Positions 27,515 through 37,417 of a DNA stretch of 64,000 nt are shown here, in pieces. Position 1 is the stretch's first letter. The number at the start of each line of letters is the position of its first letter. The DNA comes from Candidatus Bathyarchaeia archaeon (GTDB lineage: Archaea; Thermoproteota; Bathyarchaeia; Bathyarchaeales; Bathycorpusculaceae). Under the pieces are notes generated by a model, which saw only the letters and a list, made by a program, of their open reading frames with translations, was not told the DNA's origin and did not search any database. The position numbers and the translations under genes are program-made. The stretch covers positions 35,624 through 99,623 of the forward strand of contig JAVZNE010000005.1 of NCBI GenBank assembly GCA_038882975.1, read 5' to 3'.

Positions 27515-29635
27515 ATGAGTCAACACGTTAAGACTGTGGTGGTATGCGTAGTTCTTATTATGCTTTCCATTAGCGTTGCAGCTCATAGCGTTTTCATAAG
27601 CCTCTGGAGAACGCAGGTGGCTGTTACTGTAGGGCCTTCTACTCAACGGTTTATCGTCGTTCTCTCCGAAGGCTGGCAAAATAAAGAATTATTTGTCCCC
27701 ATTTGGCATCGCCTTGGCGAAGATCCTAGTAAAATCGCTCTTGGAATTAGCAATAAACGTGACATGTGGTATCACGTTAGAGTTTATAAAAAGATGGCGG
27801 ACGAAAGTTGGCTCGAAATAGTTCCAGATGAATTTTTGAAGGGAAGTCCTTACATAGGACCGTGGAGTGAAAAGACCTTCGTTTATTCCTCAAAACCTGG
27901 AGATGAAATTAAGGTTGAAGTTAGAAACGATAGAATAGCCGATCCTTCCCTAATGGCATTATGGTTTATAGATTGGATAACTCGTGCTACTATTGGCATC
28001 AGAATTCCACCTAAGCTCCCAGACTATACAAATTGGGATACGTTAAAGAGCGAGCTTTCTGATTTTTACAACAGTGTCATTAAACCATTTGAGTCGGATT
28101 TAGAGAAGTGGGGATGGAAAAAACTAATCTTAAAAACATGTGAACTAGCACTCAAGTCAAAAGGACTTTTATCTTCCATTCTTTTGGATCTTGGCATTGA
28201 AGAAAGTTTAAGGGTTTCAATCATCTTAAGAATAACCAGGATAGTTGAAACCGGCTTTTTCTTAATTAACCTTATCGGAAACATTCCTGTGTGGTGGGAT
28301 CTCTTCTGGAATCTGTTCAAAAGCCCGTTTTGTGAAAATGTAATTTTCACCCTAAACGTGAAAAACTCTGCATCTACAAAGTCAAGTATAAACGAATCAA
28401 GATTAGAAACTGAAACGACCGTAAGTGGATTAGAGATCATAAGTGGACTAACAGTGATTCAAAGCGAACCCTACTATGTTGGAGAAACGATTAATGCATG
28501 CTTCACAATTCATAACAAGAATTTAGAAGCCACCACATTACACATTTTGACTGTGAGAGGATACAATTTAAGAGGAGACGTTCAAGACTTCACCTTAAAG
28601 ACTAACATTACAATTAACCCAAATGAAACATACAATTATGAAGGGGAGTTGACTTTGCTTGATGCTGGATCTTTTCACCTTTTTATAGCGTATCAAACAA
28701 CAGATGGAGAATGGGTCACAGACGTCCCAACATCCTCGGGGGCTGCCAATTCCTTTAATATAACTGCTTTAAGTCCAAATGTTTGGATTGGAGCTGAACT
28801 TTGCAGCCCAGGCGAATTGAGAGCCCATGACTCTGAAGGAAGGATTACTGGTTTGGTGAACAATCAGCGAATAGTTGAGATTCCTCATTCCTTTTATCTC
28901 GATAATATAGTCGTTATATATTCTCCAAATGACTCCTATAAATTTCAACTTAAAGGGATCAGTGACGGAGAATATAACCTCACTATATCAAAGTCTGTTT
29001 CAGAAAACTTGACATTATTCGAAGCGATAAAAATACCAATCAGCAACAATTCTCTACATCAATTCACCTGCGACTGGGATACCCTCTCCATAAACGAAGA
29101 GGGCGTTCTAATTCGTGTGGATTCGGACGGTGACAACTTTTTCGAGGGAACCTTCGCTTCGGATAGTAAGTTGACCGCCAAAGAGTTCATGTTTCCAGCG
29201 AAGGCAACCTTCACATTTAATGCCTTCTGGGAAGGTGTTAACTACCCTGTTACTATATTCAGTAGCAACTCTTCAATAACAAACTTTAACTTTGACCATT
29301 CACGGAAGCAAATAAGCTTTCAAATATCAGGCGAGACAGGTGAATCTGGTTATTGTAACGTTTCCATCCCAAAAACTCTCCTTAAGGGCGAACCTTGGGC
29401 TGTCCAAGTTAACGGCACGAATTGGAGCTTCAGCCTTTCTCAAAATGATACACATAGCTTCATATATTTCACATTCACCTATGCAAGCACCTACCAAGTT
29501 GCAATCCAAGGAACATGGGTCGTGCCAGAATTTCCATCAACCGTGATTCTAACATTATGCATGCTTCCCATTTTAGTCCTAACTATTCTCGTAAGAAAAA
29601 AGCAAAAAACAAAATTCCTAAAATCCAAAAAGTAG
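27515..29635 (+). CDS. Large surface protein with Ig-like domains and PEF-CTERM anchor
   Basis: Signal peptide; CSPGELRAHDSEGRITG and DSDGD motifs; C-terminal ~105 aa paralogous to the 24279 protein; WVVPEFP, TM helix and K-rich tail. Confidence 0.8.
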   Translation: MSQHVKTVVVCVVLIMLSISVAAHSVFISLWRTQVAVTVGPSTQRFIVVLSEGWQNKELFVPIWHRLGEDPSKIALGISNKRDMWYHVRVYKKMADESWLEIVPDEFLKGSPYIGPWSEKTFVYSSKPGDEIKVEVRNDRIADPSLMALWFIDWITRATIGIRIPPKLPDYTNWDTLKSELSDFYNSVIKPFESDLEKWGWKKLILKTCELALKSKGLLSSILLDLGIEESLRVSIILRITRIVETGFFLINLIGNIPVWWDLFWNLFKSPFCENVIFTLNVKNSASTKSSINESRLETETTVSGLEIISGLTVIQSEPYYVGETINACFTIHNKNLEATTLHILTVRGYNLRGDVQDFTLKTNITINPNETYNYEGELTLLDAGSFHLFIAYQTTDGEWVTDVPTSSGAANSFNITALSPNVWIGAELCSPGELRAHDSEGRITGLVNNQRIVEIPHSFYLDNIVVIYSPNDSYKFQLKGISDGEYNLTISKSVSENLTLFEAIKIPISNNSLHQFTCDWDTLSINEEGVLIRVDSDGDNFFEGTFASDSKLTAKEFMFPAKATFTFNAFWEGVNYPVTIFSSNSSITNFNFDHSRKQISFQISGETGESGYCNVSIPKTLLKGEPWAVQVNGTNWSFSLSQNDTHSFIYFTFTYASTYQVAIQGTWVVPEFPSTVILTLCMLPILVLTILVRKKQKTKFLKSKK

Positions 29636-29700
29636 AAATTATACACTTGTGAAAACCCAAACTGAAATGGAAAATACATGTATTGAAAGGGAGTTAATTC

Positions 29701-30209
29701 ATGTTTGAGGCGACTGATGTTATCGCAATTATTATATCCGTTATTTCTTTTGCCGTATCTCTTTTTATGTATCGCATCTCAAGGGAAAATCTTTCATTGA
29801 ATGCGTTATGAAAGCTATTAAAATTTGGGGTTCAAACGAGGTGAGAGAAGCACGGAGATATATACGTGAATGTTTTCCTGATTACTCTGAGAGTGAAGAT
29901 TCAACTGGAGAAAAAATGGAATTAAAAATTCAAAATGGAGAACAGATTAAGCGTGGATATCTTAAAGTCAAAGATTTAAGTAGTGAAGAGAGAGATTATT
30001 TTGAGAAAATAGCAGTGACCGCGGACAGGGTCGGTTTCATGTTGTTTGAGTTAAAAAATCTGCCCAGGAGATTTAAAAGAGCCTATCTTGAGTGGTTATA
30101 TGACACCTTTTATAGCACATGGAATAAAACTGCATCTCATGTAAATAGAGAAAGAGAAGCACGACACTTTGTCCCATATTTTGAAAAGCTGGCGTATTTA
30201 GGATACTAA
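29701..30209 (+). pseudogene. Frameshifted gene: N-terminal TM helix plus helical domain (DUF4760-like)
   Basis: GGAG RBS and ATG 29701 give MFEATDVIAIIISVISFAVSLFMYRISRENLSLNAL*; continues in another frame as MKAIKIWGSNEVREARRYI (29808). Confidence 0.55.
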
Positions 30210-30417
30210 ACATCTTTTAATCATCGTTAACAGAAAGTTTAAGAAAACTTTTTGTTTTAATCCGGGTCAAATTGCAAGGCCAAACCATCTGGGGCATTTA
30301 ACTTTACAAGTTCGTTTAGGTTTCCTGGTTTTCTATGATATAGCATACTTCATATTAGGTAAAGGTTCAGACTGTTTTGGAGTGCATGGAGTTATCCGTT
30401 ACTATATTAATCCGCAC

Positions 30418-31269
30418 TTATATTGCCTTTTTATCTAACTGCAGAATCTTCCATCCTATAATGACCGAGAGTAGCATGGTTATATAAAGTAGTGATAGGA
30501 GTAGCCATTGGCTTGCACCTTGCAGTGTCACGCCCCAAATTTGAGGTATTATAACAGCGAGAAGGAGCGCTCTATTGCCTACGGGATGAATCAGCATCGT
30601 CGGCGTTGTATTTTGTCGAACTCTGAAAATAAAGCCATAAACAAGTCCATAGATGAACCGCTCAACGAAATTAACAAGTCCGAATAAGTGAGCAATATCC
30701 CAGAGAAATGCTGATAGAACCATAGCAAAATTCTTGCCGATTATGTCCTGTGTCTTGTTTTGAACGTATCCCCTAAAGAACAGTTCCTCAGGAATCTCTA
30801 CCCACCAGAAAAGTGTAAGAAAAACGGTTAGAAAGACGGCTTCTGAAGGTGAGAGTAGAGGCACGATTTCTACGCTTCCAAGACCTATTTTTCCGCCATA
30901 TAATCCCATGGAAATTAGGAAATCCCTGCATGGCTCTAGCAATGCCTTATAGAGAAAGGCAACATTAATAATTTGGATGATTATGCTAAGCACTACAGCC
31001 AGCCATATTCCTTTAACATCTAAACGTTCTATCTTATAGAAGCTTCTGAAATTTGTTTTAGCTTCCTTCTTGAATAAGAAGTAAACGAAGGCTGTCATGA
31101 AAATTCCACATGATATGAAAGAAATCACGATCTGCAATATGAAGGCAGTAGACGCTGGAAAAAGACTACTCAAATAAGGTGCATAGACCTCACTGTGAAG
31201 AAAATACAACATAAGTGCCCAGATAGCCACCATCGTAACAACCTTAAGTAATGATCGCAGCCTATTCAT
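30418..31269 (-). CDS. CPBP (CAAX/Abi) intramembrane glutamic protease
   Basis: PEELFFRG, DIAHLF, LIHPVGN motifs within multiple TM helices. Confidence 0.88.
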   Translation of the reverse strand: MNRLRSLLKVVTMVAIWALMLYFLHSEVYAPYLSSLFPASTAFILQIVISFISCGIFMTAFVYFLFKKEAKTNFRSFYKIERLDVKGIWLAVVLSIIIQIINVAFLYKALLEPCRDFLISMGLYGGKIGLGSVEIVPLLSPSEAVFLTVFLTLFWWVEIPEELFFRGYVQNKTQDIIGKNFAMVLSAFLWDIAHLFGLVNFVERFIYGLVYGFIFRVRQNTTPTMLIHPVGNRALLLAVIIPQIWGVTLQGASQWLLLSLLYITMLLSVIIGWKILQLDKKAI

Positions 31270-31333
31270 TGCATCACTTCTATATGATAACTCAAGCGTA
31301 TCTTAGAATTTAAACTAACCTTCATGAGCATGT

Positions 31334-31471
31334 TCAGTTAGTCGCTGATAAACGAAAAGCGGAGTGCAATATCAATATCACTTTTTGAAAAATAGAAAAA
31401 GAGGGGATGCGCGGGAGAAATCTCCATGAAGTAAGTGTGTCAATTATTATGACTGCGTAATTCATTTTCAT
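31334..31471 (-). pseudogene. 5' remnant of an isochorismatase-family gene
   Basis: MKMNYAVIIIDTL matches MSERMCVIIIDML of 13529-14119, then diverges. Confidence 0.45.
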
Positions 31472-31545
31472 TCCTACATGGTTATTTTAAATTTTGGTAT
31501 ATATGTGCTCCGTTTACTCTAAAATGTGACGCATACTTTGGAATT

Positions 31546-31962
31546 ATGTCGACAAAAATAAATATTCCATCAATGATTGAATTATTGGTGAAAGTTTTGA
31601 TTGAGGTTTTTGTGCGCTCAGCCTCTCAATCAGTAGACGTTGGCTTTTACAGAGAAATGTCAATGCATACTTACTGCGGTCCGCAAGTGGTTGATTGGGC
31701 TTACCATGATTTGTCGTCAAAATTTAAGGGTCGCATCTTGCCACAAGAAGATTATATGGTTCTAGAACAGGTTTTGCTGAGATTTAAAGGGAAAGACGAT
31801 GAATTGTTGATTTATGACGTTTCACGTGTGACTGACAAGCTAAAGGCTCTAAGGAAAGGAGTGAAAAGAACGCCAACCGTTATAATCAACGGGAAGAAAT
31901 ATGAAAGACTGGAGGAGATACTGGGAGTTTTAAAAGCAATCGCCAATGAGGCAGGTAGGTAA
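31546..31962 (+). CDS. Hypothetical protein with thioredoxin-like C-terminus
   Basis: YDVS...GVKRTPTVIINGKK pattern; true start may be downstream. Confidence 0.6.
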   Translation: MSTKINIPSMIELLVKVLIEVFVRSASQSVDVGFYREMSMHTYCGPQVVDWAYHDLSSKFKGRILPQEDYMVLEQVLLRFKGKDDELLIYDVSRVTDKLKALRKGVKRTPTVIINGKKYERLEEILGVLKAIANEAGR

Positions 31963-31991
31963 ATGAGTTTACCCTCAACTATCATTCATTT

Positions 31992-33065
31992 TTATTTGCT
32001 TGTTTCTAAAATGTAAAATCCATTCGTGAACTTTTCTCCGCCCTCTTCTTTTACAAGCACAGTGTCTTCTATGCGGATTCCTCCAAAACCTACAAGGTAT
32101 ATGCCGGGCTCAATGGTCACTACGTTGCCAACTGCTAACCTATCCTTGCTTTGCTGTCCGAGAACTGGCGGCTCATGCACTTCCAAGCCTACGCCGTGGC
32201 CTAAGCTGTGGACGAAGTATTCGCCATAACCTGCTTCCTCAATAACTTTTCTTGCAACAGCGTCTATGTCTTTGGCTTTTACCTTAGCTTTTATTGTTTG
32301 AACCGCCTTCTGCTGGGCCGTTTTCACAATTTCGTATAGGCGTTTCTGCTTTTCCGATGGTTTTCCAGCCACCAGCGTTCTCGTCATGTCTGCACGGTAA
32401 TAGCAGTAAGATGCACCGATGTCCACCACAACCAAGTCGCCTTCACAGATTTCCTTATCCGTGCAGCCTCCGTGGGGATAGGCGGAGCGCGGGCCAGAAG
32501 CCACTATGGTGTCGAAGGCTGTTCCCCATGAGCCTTTCCTTCGCATGGCATATTCTATTTCAGCTGCAGCCTCGTACTCGCGGATGCCGGGGCGTATAAC
32601 TTCGTAGGCTGCCCTCATGCCCTCACATGTTAGTTCTCCGGCCTTGCGCATCAACTCAAGCTCCTCGGCGTCTTTTACCTTCCGGAGCTCCCAAACAAGC
32701 TTAGCTTGAGGCTTAAGTTTAGCCTTGCCCCTTAGAAACTTTGCTAGACCGCGATAGTTTTCATAGGTTAATGTGTCGAAGGCTAGCTTTTTTATGCCAT
32801 AATCCTTTATTTGGGCGGCAACCTTCGCAGCCAAATTTTCGTCACGCTTGACAAGCTCAACCCTGAAGCCTTTGCCCTCGGCTTTTGCTTGCTCATAGTT
32901 TACGCCATAAACATAAAGGGTGTTCTCGCCGTTTCTAGGGAATAGGAGGCACGCAGCGCCGGGGAAACCAGCAAAATAGAGCATGTTGGCCTCGTTTGTT
33001 ATTAGGAAGCCGCCAAAACCCTTCTCCTCAAAAGCTTTCTTTTTTAGGGCTTCTATCCTCTTCAA
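31992..33065 (-). CDS. Xaa-Pro aminopeptidase (M24B)
   Basis: IVASGPRSAYPH, VDIGA..YRADMTRT, HSLGHGVGLEVHE, EPGIY, GIRIED; TTG start at 33065 after AGGTGA. Confidence 0.93.
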   Translation of the reverse strand: MKRIEALKKKAFEEKGFGGFLITNEANMLYFAGFPGAACLLFPRNGENTLYVYGVNYEQAKAEGKGFRVELVKRDENLAAKVAAQIKDYGIKKLAFDTLTYENYRGLAKFLRGKAKLKPQAKLVWELRKVKDAEELELMRKAGELTCEGMRAAYEVIRPGIREYEAAAEIEYAMRRKGSWGTAFDTIVASGPRSAYPHGGCTDKEICEGDLVVVDIGASYCYYRADMTRTLVAGKPSEKQKRLYEIVKTAQQKAVQTIKAKVKAKDIDAVARKVIEEAGYGEYFVHSLGHGVGLEVHEPPVLGQQSKDRLAVGNVVTIEPGIYLVGFGGIRIEDTVLVKEEGGEKFTNGFYILETSK

Positions 33066-33147
33066 GCATTTTTCACCTTGTAGAGAGAAATATGTGCTGC
33101 GTGTTTGATTTATAAAATGTTCGAAAATTGAGGAAAGAGAGAATGTT

Positions 33148-33441
33148 TTAGCCGCCGCTGACAATGGACATCAAAATTACGTGGTCTCCATGTTTGAGTT
33201 TTGTCTCCACTCCGCCATTCAGCTGGTTCAGCAAGTAGCCATTAACCGTTATTATGAAGCTTTGCTTCACATCCGACCCGCCTGGCTCGTAAACAGCCTT
33301 GCGGAAAGGCTCACCATATTTCTCGGCAAGCATAGAAAGCAGATCTGCAAGGGAGGCACCTTCAGAGATTTCAAGCTCCTCCTCTCTACCGCTGCGAATT
33401 ATCTCCTTAATGTGCCCAATGTATTCAACTTTAACCCTCAA
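33148..33441 (-). CDS. MoaD/ThiS/SAMP ubiquitin-like protein
   Basis: Beta-grasp pattern ending IVSGG; TTG start at 33441. Confidence 0.9.
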   Translation of the reverse strand: MRVKVEYIGHIKEIIRSGREEELEISEGASLADLLSMLAEKYGEPFRKAVYEPGGSDVKQSFIITVNGYLLNQLNGGVETKLKHGDHVILMSIVSGG

Positions 33442-33557
33442 TTTTGCTAGCCCCGCCTTCAAATTAAATAAGTGAAGAATTTCTTATATTTGTTTCTTGC
33501 AACTTTCCGAATAACCATTTATATGCTTTCTATTAATGTAGTTTTGGTGTATTCGCT

Positions 33558-35237
33558 TTGTTTGACGAGGAAGAACTGGAAAAGATTAAACGCGAAAAGG
33601 AGCGTTGGGAAAAGGAGACCGTGGCTAAAAGCCTTGAGAGGCTCCCAGAACGGGGCGGATTTCTAACAAGTTCAGACATACCGGTGAACCGCCTCTACAC
33701 GCCAGCGGACATCGCCAACCTAGACTATTTTGGGGATTTGGGGTTTCCAGGCGAATATCCCTTCACACGTGGCGTTTATCCAACCATGTATAGGGCTCGT
33801 TTTTGGACTATGAGACAGTATGCCGGCTTTGGCACTGCTGAGCAGACAAACCAGCGTTTCAAATACTTGTTAAGCCAAGGTCAGACAGGGTTAAGCGTGG
33901 CTTTCGACTTTCCAACTCAGGTGGGTTATGACTGCGACCATCCCATGGCGAAGGGCGAAGTTGGCAAGGCTGGCGTGAGCGTTAGCACTCTGCGGGACAT
34001 GGAAATAGTTTTTGAAGGTATACCATTGGACAAGATTACAACTTCTATGACGATCAATGCTCCGGCGGCTGTTCTGCTTGCCATGTATATTGTTGTTGGC
34101 GAGAAGCAAGGTGTTCCGCAAAATGCGCTGGACGGTACCGTGCAGAATGATATTTTGAAGGAGTATGTTGCCAGAGGCATGTATATTTTTCCGCCTAAGC
34201 CTTCCATGCGCTTGGTCACGGACATTTTCGAGTACTGCGCCAAAAATGTGCCAAAGTGGAACACTATAAGCATCAGCGGCTATCATATTCGAGAGGCTGG
34301 AGCCACAGCTGTTCAAGAAATAGCCTTCACTTTCGCCAACGCCATAGCATATGTGCAAGCCGCCATAGAAAGAGGCTTAGACGTCGACAAATTCGCTGGT
34401 AGACTCTCGTTCTTTTTTGCAGCACATAACAACCTTTTCGAGGAGGTTGCCAAGTTTAGGGCTGCTAGGCGCTTGTGGGCACGCATCATGCGAGAGCGCT
34501 TTGGAGCCAAAAACCCCGCCTCTTGGATGCTGCGCTTCCACACTCAGACTTCTGGTGTTTCGCTCACAGCCCAGCAGCCCCTAAACAACATTATCCGCGT
34601 AACTATTCAAGCCTTGGCAGCAGTTTTGGGCGGAACCCAGTCATTACACACAAACTCTTTTGATGAAGCATACGCCTTGCCCAGCGAGCAAGCCGTCACC
34701 ATAGCGCTTAGAACCCAACAGATAATAGCCTATGAGAGCGGTGTTGCAGACACTATAGACCCTCTTGGCGGCTCCTATTACGTGGAGTACTTAACCAACC
34801 AAATAGAGGAGAAAGCAGCCCAGTATATAGAGCGGATAGATGAGATGGGAGGAGCCGTTGCAGCTATAGAGAAGGGCTTCATGCAGAAGGAAATAATGGA
34901 AAGTGCTTACCGCTATCAGAAGGAAGTGGAAAGCAAAAAGCGGATAGTGGTCGGCGTCAACGAGTTCATAAGCGAAGAGAAAACGCCAATAAAGATTTTG
35001 CGGATAGACCCGGAAATTGAAAAAACGTTGATAAAACGCCTAAACGAGGTGAAACGTCAAAGAAACAACACCAAAGTTAAGGAGGCTTTAGACAATTTGC
35101 GGAAGGCAGCAGAGAAGGAAGATGCAAACCTAATGCCCTTTATAATTCAAGCGGTTAAGGAGTACGCCACGCTAGGCGAGATATGCGACATCCTCCGCCA
35201 AGTTTTCGGAGAGTACAAACCTCCATCCATATTCTAA
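33558..35237 (+). CDS. Methylmalonyl-CoA mutase, catalytic (large) subunit
   Basis: [55 protein letters not shown]; no B12-binding domain. Confidence 0.95.
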   Translation: MFDEEELEKIKREKERWEKETVAKSLERLPERGGFLTSSDIPVNRLYTPADIANLDYFGDLGFPGEYPFTRGVYPTMYRARFWTMRQYAGFGTAEQTNQRFKYLLSQGQTGLSVAFDFPTQVGYDCDHPMAKGEVGKAGVSVSTLRDMEIVFEGIPLDKITTSMTINAPAAVLLAMYIVVGEKQGVPQNALDGTVQNDILKEYVARGMYIFPPKPSMRLVTDIFEYCAKNVPKWNTISISGYHIREAGATAVQEIAFTFANAIAYVQAAIERGLDVDKFAGRLSFFFAAHNNLFEEVAKFRAARRLWARIMRERFGAKNPASWMLRFHTQTSGVSLTAQQPLNNIIRVTIQALAAVLGGTQSLHTNSFDEAYALPSEQAVTIALRTQQIIAYESGVADTIDPLGGSYYVEYLTNQIEEKAAQYIERIDEMGGAVAAIEKGFMQKEIMESAYRYQKEVESKKRIVVGVNEFISEEKTPIKILRIDPEIEKTLIKRLNEVKRQRNNTKVKEALDNLRKAAEKEDANLMPFIIQAVKEYATLGEICDILRQVFGEYKPPSIF

Positions 35238-35239
35238 TT

Positions 35240-35800
35240 CTAGCCAATAACAAATAAGGGGTCGCCCTCGCTAACGGAGGCGCCCTCGGAAACTAGAATT
35301 TCGCGGACTGTTCCAGCCACCGGTGCCGCAATCTCGTTTTCCATTTTCATGGCTTCCAGGATGCACAATACTTGTCCAGCCCTAACCTGCTCGCCCCTCC
35401 CAACCTTTATTGATATTATCTTTCCAGTCATAGGAGCCGTGACGGTACCAGAAACCACTTGTTTAGGCTTCGCCGCCCTCAGCGTGGGCACTTGAAGGGT
35501 TTGTTCCATGGCTGGTGAAACAGCCAACCGCGCCAAAGTGGGCGTTTTCAGCTCCGCTTTAAAGGATGCCTCTTCAACCTTAACAGTGAAAGGTTTTGTC
35601 TTGCTAACTTCCTGCAAAGCAACGGCGTATGTCTTATCGCCAATCTTTATTTGGAGCTGTTTTTCGGGTTGAAGCTTGCCTTCTGGAAACTCCACACTGA
35701 GGGATTTGTCCCCAAGCTTAACTGTGAAAGCCTTTTCGCTAGTTTTTGAAACTTCGATTCGCCATGGTTTTCCGTTTATGAAAATCTCGTAGGTTGGCAT
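35240..35800 (-). CDS. Biotin carboxyl carrier protein
   Basis: EAMKMEN biotinylation motif; N-terminal beta domain. Confidence 0.92.
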   Translation of the reverse strand: MPTYEIFINGKPWRIEVSKTSEKAFTVKLGDKSLSVEFPEGKLQPEKQLQIKIGDKTYAVALQEVSKTKPFTVKVEEASFKAELKTPTLARLAVSPAMEQTLQVPTLRAAKPKQVVSGTVTAPMTGKIISIKVGRGEQVRAGQVLCILEAMKMENEIAAPVAGTVREILVSEGASVSEGDPLFVIG

Positions 35801-35801
35801 T

Positions 35802-37346
35802 TTAAACACCATGCTCGGCTAGGCTTTGTCTTCCGGCAAGAACCCAAGGCGAAATTCCACGCCTAGCCCTTTGAATGGTTAAGGCTTTCACTTCGCCTAA
35901 GCTTGTTACATAAGCAGCTATTGCAGCGGATATGGCTGCTGCCTGCTCCAATTCAGCCATTCTTTCTGGTGGCATGGCTGTTTTAGCTTCTTCTCTTTTG
36001 GCTTTCCGCTTTTTGAAGAATTCTGGGGCTATGGCTGGAAACAAAGCGTATGTAAGCATGTCCTCCTCGCTTTCAATGTAGGGTTTAACATCCTCCGGAA
36101 TCTTGTTTAAGGCTGGTTCAAGGAGGTCTGCTGGACGACATGTTATGGGCTCCTCGTCGCCAATAATTAACCTCCTAACTTCTTCATCTATCGGGGCTGG
36201 AGGCTGCCCATAAAACCCCTTAACATAGTCTTTTATCTCCTTTGGCACTATGCTGTAGCGTTTTCCAGACAAAACATTGAGCACGGCTTGGATGCCTACA
36301 AGCTGGCTTGTAGGCGTAACCAACGGTGGATAGCCGAGCTCTCGTCTAACTCTTGGAACCTCTTCGAGAACTTCCTTAAGCCTATGAACAGCGTTTTGCT
36401 CCCTCAACTGTTCAAGGAGGTTTGAGAACATTCCGCCTGGAATCTGGTGAACCATTATGGAAGGGTCGACTTTTTCGGCTTTGGGGTCTATAAGCCCCAG
36501 CGGGTCATAGTATTTTTCTCTAAGCTCTCTGAAGTAGTCGGCAATCTCCTGTAAAAGCTCCATGTCAAATCCCGGGTCGTATGGTGTCCCTTTTAAAGCT
36601 GCGACTATGGATTCCACTGGTGGCTGGGATGTACCCCATGCCAATGGCGAAAAGGCTGTGTCTATTATGTCTACTCCAGCTTCGCATGCCCGCAGATATG
36701 TCATCATAGCCATTCCGCTGGTGCAGTGGCAGTGCAAGTGCACCGGCAAACCTACCTCTTTTTTGAGGGCGATTATCAGTTCGTAAGCTGGTTGGGGCGC
36801 TAGCATTCCAGCCATGTCCTTTATGCATATGGAGTCGCAATTAAGCTCAGCCAGTTTTTTGGCGACATCCACATAATAGCCTATCGTGTGGACTGGGCTT
36901 ATGGTGTAGCATATGGTGCCCTGCGCGTGTTTGCCCACTTTTTTGACGGTTTTTATGGCGACTTCCATGTTGCGGATATCGTTTAAAGCGTCGAAAACTC
37001 TGAATATGTCTATGCCGTTTTCAGCGGCTTTTTCAACAAATTTTATGACAACATCGTCTGGGTAGTTCCTATAGCCAACAACGTTCTGTCCCCTCAAAAG
37101 CATCTGCAGTGGCGTTCGCCTAATATGCCTCTTAAGTTGGCGGATTCTTTCCCAAGGGTCTTCAGCCAAATAGCGTATGCAAACGTCGAAGGTGGCTCCT
37201 CCCCAAACCTCCATGGAGAAAAAGCCAACACTGTCCATTTTTTCGGCTATTGGAAGCATGGATTCAGTGCGCATCCTAGTTGCCATCAACGACTGATGGG
37301 CGTCTCGAAACGTGGTGTCCGTAATCTTAACGGGTTTCAATGCCAT
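35802..37346 (-). CDS. Pyruvate carboxyltransferase (PycB / OadA / transcarboxylase 5S-like), no fused biotin domain
   Basis: DTTFRDAHQS, WGGATFD, KDMAG, HCH, PGGM.SN, VTPTSQ. Confidence 0.93.
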   Translation of the reverse strand: MALKPVKITDTTFRDAHQSLMATRMRTESMLPIAEKMDSVGFFSMEVWGGATFDVCIRYLAEDPWERIRQLKRHIRRTPLQMLLRGQNVVGYRNYPDDVVIKFVEKAAENGIDIFRVFDALNDIRNMEVAIKTVKKVGKHAQGTICYTISPVHTIGYYVDVAKKLAELNCDSICIKDMAGMLAPQPAYELIIALKKEVGLPVHLHCHCTSGMAMMTYLRACEAGVDIIDTAFSPLAWGTSQPPVESIVAALKGTPYDPGFDMELLQEIADYFRELREKYYDPLGLIDPKAEKVDPSIMVHQIPGGMFSNLLEQLREQNAVHRLKEVLEEVPRVRRELGYPPLVTPTSQLVGIQAVLNVLSGKRYSIVPKEIKDYVKGFYGQPPAPIDEEVRRLIIGDEEPITCRPADLLEPALNKIPEDVKPYIESEEDMLTYALFPAIAPEFFKKRKAKREEAKTAMPPERMAELEQAAAISAAIAAYVTSLGEVKALTIQRARRGISPWVLAGRQSLAEHGV

Positions 37347-37417
37347 AAACCGTTGCCTCTTGAGGATTTTGAACGATGGTTAAGCCACTATTAATCTGTA
37401 ATGGTCTGTTTCGCGGA

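Larger units (their letters stand above)
14086..31453. mobile_element. Integrase-encoding genomic island (about 17.4 kb); boundaries tentative
   Basis: Tyrosine integrase at the left end; ParB, AbrB-like, wHTH and Zn-ribbon small ORFs; visibly AT-richer cargo; TGTCAATTATTAT(A/G)AC at 14086-14101 and 31438-31453. Confidence 0.7.

Noticed and set aside
14149-31453. Complete provirus
   Set aside because: No recognisable capsid, terminase/packaging ATPase, portal or replication genes
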